Source of the DNA: Macrostomum lignano
Lineage: Eukaryota
Reading direction: 5' to 3'
DNA: 64,000 nucleotides
NCBI GenBank assembly: GCA_002269645.1
Contig: NIVC01002544.1
Location: 1 to 64,000, forward strand
Both the position numbers and the translations under genes were made by a program. This document shows positions 59,801-64,000 of this stretch, piece by piece. The notes below the pieces were generated by a model, which did not search any database, was not told where the DNA came from, and saw only the letters and a program-made list of their open reading frames with translations. Each line of letters opens with the position of its first letter. The first letter of the stretch is position 1.

Positions 59801-61046
59801 GCATGGATTTCATTTTCACTGCGTGTCCACTGCGAGGACTTACATTAGCTCCCGGTTCTACTTGCATCACTAGCATTTGTTAATTAGGCTACTACAGCTT
59901 ACTAGAATCACTAGCATATGTTAATTAGGCTACTACAGCTTACTAGAATCACTAGCATATGTTAATTAGGCTACTACAGCTTACTTGCATCACTAGCATA
60001 TGTTAATTAGGCTACTACAGCTTACTAGAATCACTAGCATATGTTAATTAGGCTACTACAGCTTACTTTCATCACTAGCATATGTTAATTAGGCTACTAC
60101 AGCTTACTAGAATCACTAGCATATGTTAATTAGGCTACTACAGCTTACTTGCATCACTAGCATATGTTAATTAGGCTACTACAGCTTACTTGCATCACTA
60201 CCATATGTTAATTAGGCTACTACAGCTTACTAGAATCACTAGCATATGTTAATTAGGCTACTACAGCTTACTAGAATCACTAGCATATGTTAATTAGGCT
60301 ACTACAGCTTACTTGCATCACTAGCATATGTTAATTAGGCTACTACAGCTTACTAGAATCACTAGCATATGTTAATTAGGCTACTACAGCTTACTTGCAT
60401 CACTAGCATATGTTAATTAGGCTACTACAGCTTACTAGAATCACTAGCATATGTTAATTAGGCTACTACAGCTTACTTGCATCACTAGCATATGTTAATT
60501 AGGCTACTACAGCTTACTTGCATCACTAGCATATGTTAATTAGGCTACTACAGCTTACTTGCATCACTAGCATATGTTAATTAGGCTACTACAGCTTACT
60601 TGCATCACTAGCATATGTTAATTAGGCTACTACAGCTTACTTGCATCACTAGCATATGTTAATTAGGCTACTATAGCTTACTTGCATCACTAGCGCATCA
60701 CTAGCATATGTTAATTAGGCTACTACAGCTTACTTGCATCACTAGCATATGTTAATTAGGCTACTACAGCTTACTTGCATCACTAGCATACGTGAATTCG
60801 TCTTGCTGGCAGTACAGTCTCAAGAAGCCCGGTGCATCTCCGTCGCTGTCGCGGTTGTCGCCGCTGGCGCCACCTTCTGCTCCGGCTGAGATCAATCCGG
60901 TTTCAAAGATGCGAACACATTGCACAGCACCGGGAGAGAATGAAATAACAATTCGAGCTCGACTCACCTTGCTGAACTGCCTGGCTCAGCAGCAGTCCGG
61001 TGCAGCACAGAATCAGCAGCCGCTGCCAGCAGCATGCGGCGCTCAT
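47712..61046 (-). CDS. Five-CUB-domain cell-surface protein, SOL-1 (suppressor of lurcher)-like, 863 aa, 10 exons
   Basis: Minus-strand exons 61046-60968, 60885-60775, 56562-56373, 54921-54713, 53252-52746, 51142-50938, 50429-49678, 49378-49165, 48463-48258, 47830-47712; 2592 nt, all phases match. Signal peptide, repeated SG.F.SP..P..YP...C CUB motifs, hydrophobic C-terminus. Confidence 0.88.
47895..48222. repeat. ~31-bp minisatellite
   Basis: CCCCTGACCCATCACATCCCTCACTGACAC units. Confidence 0.92.
48258..48463 (-). CDS. CUB protein exon 9 (CUB5 C-half)
   Basis: CLPGDSDYV...TFCG...LSFVSNS...GFHANYFF. Confidence 0.9.
48500..49075. repeat. Two adjacent 20-bp arrays
   Basis: GGGAGTGACTGAGAGCAGCT, then GGGAGTTACAGAAACCGACA. 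Confidence 0.92.
49165..49378 (-). CDS. CUB protein exon 8 (CUB5 N-half)
   Basis: GCYFEF...GSFTSPNYPHAYPESLACHYVF. Confidence 0.92.
49430..49665. repeat. ~20-bp minisatellite
   Basis: GCAGGCCTCCCAGCCAATC units. Confidence 0.88.
49678..50429 (-). CDS. CUB protein exon 7 (CUB3 C-half, Pro-rich linker, CUB4)
   Basis: TCG...LEFRSD...GFAATYRF...PEPPRP...GVCTWDL...LEFSYSF. Confidence 0.9.
50490..50910. repeat. Degenerate TTTGGGATCTGAAAA array
   Basis: Recurrent GGGATCTGAA. Confidence 0.8.
50938..51142 (-). CDS. CUB protein exon 6 (CUB3 N-half)
   Basis: EGAVTSPDFPSAYP...ETVCISFSSFSL. Confidence 0.88.
51205..52690. repeat. Degenerate TTCTCGAATCC / CTTCAGAAGG array interrupted by the LINE
   Basis: Units on both sides of 51411-52079. 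Confidence 0.85.
51411..52079 (+). mobile_element. 5'-truncated non-LTR retrotransposon (RNase H + CCHC finger; Loa/I/R1-like), frameshifted
   Basis: IPGHAGFPGNELADTLAK (RNase H C-terminus), LTGHG, then after a frameshift near 51740 CPFC...EDAQHFVCHC; 3' (AAGT)-like tail; 17-bp flanking duplication TCCCCCTTCTCGAATCC at 51394-51410 and 52080-52096. Confidence 0.88.
52746..53252 (-). CDS. CUB protein exon 5 (CUB2)
   Basis: DCDQQF...SGRFFSPRHPQNYPPGIACTFVF...GFAGRFAF. Confidence 0.9.
53253..53972. repeat. 42-bp minisatellite, each unit a 3' splice-site module (minus strand)
   Basis: About 17 units; minus-strand unit AGCAGCACTGACACACACTGTGTCCTCTCCCTCACCCGGCAG. Confidence 0.95.
54296..54690. repeat. 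17-bp minisatellite
   Basis: GCAGGGAGGCTGTGTGA units. Confidence 0.93.
54713..54921 (-). CDS. CUB protein exon 4 (CUB1 C-half)
   Basis: CEDFVRLFL...ELCG...LELHT...GFRGSFHF. Confidence 0.9.
55070..55392. repeat. 11-bp minisatellite
   Basis: ACACCTAAA(A/C)C units. Confidence 0.9.
56030..56352. repeat. 14-bp minisatellite
   Basis: ATATTCTACTCCAG units. Confidence 0.93.
56373..56562 (-). CDS. CUB protein exon 3 (CUB1 N-half)
   Basis: CRCRQF...KSGVFKSPRHPQPYP..LPCLLYVF. Confidence 0.9.
59872..60790. repeat. 41-bp minisatellite, each unit carrying a GTAAGC 5' splice site (minus strand)
   Basis: About 22 units CATCACTAGCATATGTTAATTAGGCTACTACAGCTTACTTG. Confidence 0.95.
60775..60885 (-). CDS. 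CUB protein exon 2 (Gly/Asp linker)
   Basis: 111 nt, phase 1-1, donor CAA|GTAAGC lies in the first unit of the 41-bp array. Confidence 0.65.
60968..61046 (-). CDS. CUB protein exon 1 (signal peptide)
   Basis: MSAACCWQRLLILCCTGLLLSQAVQQ, then GTGAG. Confidence 0.8.
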
Positions 61047-61604
61047 CCCGCTGCCAGCTCGGCCCAACGACTCTTGCGAGGAAACTGAGGATTCTGGCGC
61101 CCGGCCAGAGTTGGGAGTCGAGTTTGATGGGGAATAAACTTGCAGGGGCGATGGTATCCACTGCCAGGTGGACAGCAGCTTATACCACTGGCTCGGCGGT
61201 ACAGCGGGAATTTGCTGGCTCATCCATCACGGGCGACTCAGATCTCAACTGACTACAATCTACCGCCAGGAAGTTATTGCTGCTTTTTGCGGGCAGAAGA
61301 TGATAAAGCGATCACCGGTTAACCTCGAGGCTCTCGTGGTGAATTCAATATTTTGTGAGGAAGCGAGCGTCGCTTCTGGGGAGCGGGATTGGACAGCCCG
61401 GGGCTGAGGCCAATGATTGGAGCGGTGGGGGATCTGGTGGGGATTTCAGGAAACAATGGGAATCGCAGTGCGATCAAGGCGGTCTCTGGGCAGCTCTGGG
61501 AAAGCTGTCTTAGTAGTTCAGAGCTTCAACTGAAACAAGGCAATTTTCCATGGCCTTGAACTGCAGCACATTGATGGCGAAAAGGTGATGCAAAGGGTGA
61601 AGAT

Positions 61605-61835
61605 GACAGTGACAGAAGTGACACAGTGCCAGAAGTGACACAGTGACAGAAGTGACACAGTGACAGAAGTGACACAGTGACAGAAGTGACACAGTACCAG
61701 AAGTGATACAGTGACAGAAGTGACACAGTGACAGAAGTGACACAGTACCAGAAGTGACACAGTACCAGAAGTGACACAGTGACAAAAATGACACAGTGAC
61801 AGAAGTGACACAGTGACAGAAGGAATACGGTGACA
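61605..61835. repeat. 17-bp minisatellite
   Basis: GACAGAAGTGACACAGT units. Confidence 0.9.
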
Positions 61836-62382
61836 GAAGCTCAGGCTCATCCAGTCATCGAAAACTCATCTGCTAGCAGAGTTTATGACCTCGCCGCCAT
61901 GGAATAGGATTCACTGACCTGCTGTTTCAGAGCGATCATCTGCAGTCCCAGCCCATGCGAAGCTGCAGCGACAGTCGCAGCACCGATGCGGCCTCATCCT
62001 CTGCAACTGCTGTGTAAGGGTAGTAGAGAGAATATGCTTCTCTTCGATGTGTTTTTAGTGTATTTTTTGTTAGAATGTACATGGCATACATGTTTTTTTA
62101 ACAGAAAATTGAAAAGCAGAAGTGCGGTACACTCCATTTCTTGGGAACATTTTGAAGATGCCTAAAAGCTTCGTTAATCGAGCTTAGCATGCGTAAGTTC
62201 TTCGTTAAAACCAACGGCTCAGACATGTTGACTACTCGTACATACATACTTTTCCAGTGAGATAATGCTTTTAATTTTCTTTACTATTTTTTAATAGGCC
62301 CAATAAACTAAAATCTAACCCTTTTATTAGGTTCAGTGCGTGCAGCTTTCTGATTGGCGCTCAGAATGTACATTTGATAAGT

Positions 62383-62396
62383 AGAGATGTACACTG
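62383..62396 (+). promoter_or_regulatory. Conserved upstream element AGAGATGTACACTG (tRNA copy 1)
   Basis: At -68; identical 14-mer at -69 of copy 2. Confidence 0.55.
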
Positions 62397-62450
62397 TCTG
62401 ACTAAGGGCTGGTCCAATTAACCAGCTCCGCGAGTCGCTTCAGTCTACAA

Positions 62451-62521
62451 GCATCGGTGGTTCAGTGGTAGAATGCTCGCCTGCCACGCGGGCGGCCCGG
62501 GTTCGATTCCCGGCCGATGCA
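62451..62521 (+). tRNA. trnG-GCC: tRNA-Gly (GCC)
   Basis: GCATCGG acceptor stem pairing with CCGATGC, D-loop TCAGTGGTAGA, anticodon loop CTGCCAC, GGTTCGATTCC B-box, T7 terminator at 62526-62532. Confidence 0.97.
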
Positions 62522-63643
62522 ATAATTTTTTTCTACTGGTGTCTCATCAAGTGTTAAATTCTGTAATAATGGAAAAAAATAATCATATTTTCTTAACTAA
62601 TTTAATGCTACCGCTTATTGCTGCGTCCAGCCTTGAGTTTTGCTCAGCCTCACTAACATATTTTCATATAAACCCGAAATTTCACAATGTCGAAATACGC
62701 TGAAGAGATAGGAGGCTATTCGACTTTGTTTAAATTTCAGGTTTGTAAAATTTTTGGGTTTATGTATTTGCAATGCTGTGAAATGGCTGGCTAAGCTTAA
62801 GGTTTTCAATGTTGTAAAATTTCGGTCTTATGTAAATTCGAGGTTGTGAAAGGCAGTGTCTTTCGACTTTGTGAAAAATTGGATTTGTGAAACGACCCCC
62901 GTAAGTCTTAAAAAATTACAAAAAATGCATTATCTTTACGACAAAAGGTTACTCAGATTTTTCTTAAGAAGAGATTCGAATTTTGCTACTTGAAGTAGAA
63001 GACATAGAACGTAAGTTTTAGAAGAGCAAAAACTAAAAAAGCAATATTTTAAGCATTTGAAATGTTAAATTTTAGACAACCATCCGGATGCTAGTCTCTT
63101 GAGTCCGCTCGAGTCTCCTCTCTAGCAATCCATTGACTCTCCTTCATCTCATATACTCCCTTCAGAAGCTGTATGTATGATGTTCGCTGAGAAAACTGAT
63201 AGCTCTGTATTTGGACAACCGCAAGCACCAGCAAGCACGCTGAGCAGATCGTCCGTGTGAAGCAAGGCAAAGCGTCGAACGAAAAATCAATGCCAAGGCA
63301 ATGTTATCGAATGGAGAAGCGTAGCGGACAAGGTAAATCATGTACTGTGTTCCCTCATACTGAATGGCGCTGATGCGGCTGTTATAAAACATCGATTCTT
63401 GCTACTTCATCATCATCGCGTGACTGACTGCACAGCCCGGGACTGTCTGTTCGGCTCCTGTGCAGCCTGGGCTGATTTTGTGTTTGATTTTTCCTGATCC
63501 ACCCCGTTCAGCGTTCGTCGCCTTGTCTGTCCGTCAAAAAAGCATGTTTGGCGAGATTCATACTGATTTGCAATGTGTTTTTTTAACTATAGGCAACTAA
63601 CTAAAAGTACATATTTTACGCTTGTACAGTGCGCCTACTGACA

Positions 63644-63657
63644 AGAGATGTACACTG
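63644..63657 (+). promoter_or_regulatory. Conserved upstream element AGAGATGTACACTG (tRNA copy 2)
   Basis: At -69; flanks otherwise diverged between the copies. Confidence 0.55.
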
Positions 63658-63712
63658 CCTAACTTGGGGCGCAGGTCCTATCAAACGGCTCCGAGTGTCT
63701 CTTGGATAACAA

Positions 63713-63783
63713 GCATCGGTGGTTCAGTGGTAGAATGCTCGCCTGCCACGCGGGCGGCCCGGGTTCGATTCCCGGCCGATGCA
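63713..63783 (+). tRNA. trnG-GCC: tRNA-Gly (GCC), identical second copy
   Basis: Same 71-nt sequence; T6 terminator at 63789-63794. Confidence 0.97.
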
Positions 63784-64000
63784 GCAACTTTTTTGCACCG
63801 ATACAAACGTCTCCAGATAAACAAAACGCGAAGAACGAGTTGAAATTCCGTCAGCCTGCCGATCCACGCATGCGAGAGAGATGGAGTGGGGATAAGCCAG
63901 ACAGACAAGTGCGCCCATTTCTCACTGCTTCTGCATGGAAACTTCTTTTGCAGCATTTGCGGAACACTAGCAGCAATTCGAACACTTTAGCAGAGAGCCT

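Noticed and set aside
60792-60885. 94-nt 'poison' version of CUB exon 2, or an LDLa domain start (CQQDEFT)
   Set aside because: A better donor 17 nt further on (GTAAGC) restores the frame, and no continuation of an LDLa domain was found.

Overview
Eukaryotic (animal) genomic DNA with GC-rich exons and introns filled with minisatellites. A free-living flatworm such as Macrostomum is inferred from the flatworm-type tropomyosin and genome style, not proven. Six protein-coding genes were reconstructed by hand. (1) A tropomyosin gene whose 284-aa muscle and 251-aa short isoforms use interleaved exon tracks sharing essentially one exon. (2) A highly divergent alpha-tubulin-like gene (~853 aa) that has lost the catalytic E254/T7-loop residues, has a 384-aa tail and lies between 54-bp inverted repeats. 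(3) Syntaxin-7/12. (4) A C14orf93/DUF4616-like gene apparently missing an internal exon. (5) Calcineurin B. (6) On the minus strand, a 10-exon, five-CUB, SOL-1-like surface protein. Also present: two identical tRNA-Gly(GCC) genes sharing an upstream motif, a 5'-truncated RNase H-type LINE, several MITE/foldback elements and about 30 tandem arrays. Several arrays are built from amplified splice-site sequences (41-bp donor array, 42-bp acceptor array). Most long ORFs in the supplied track are repeat artefacts.
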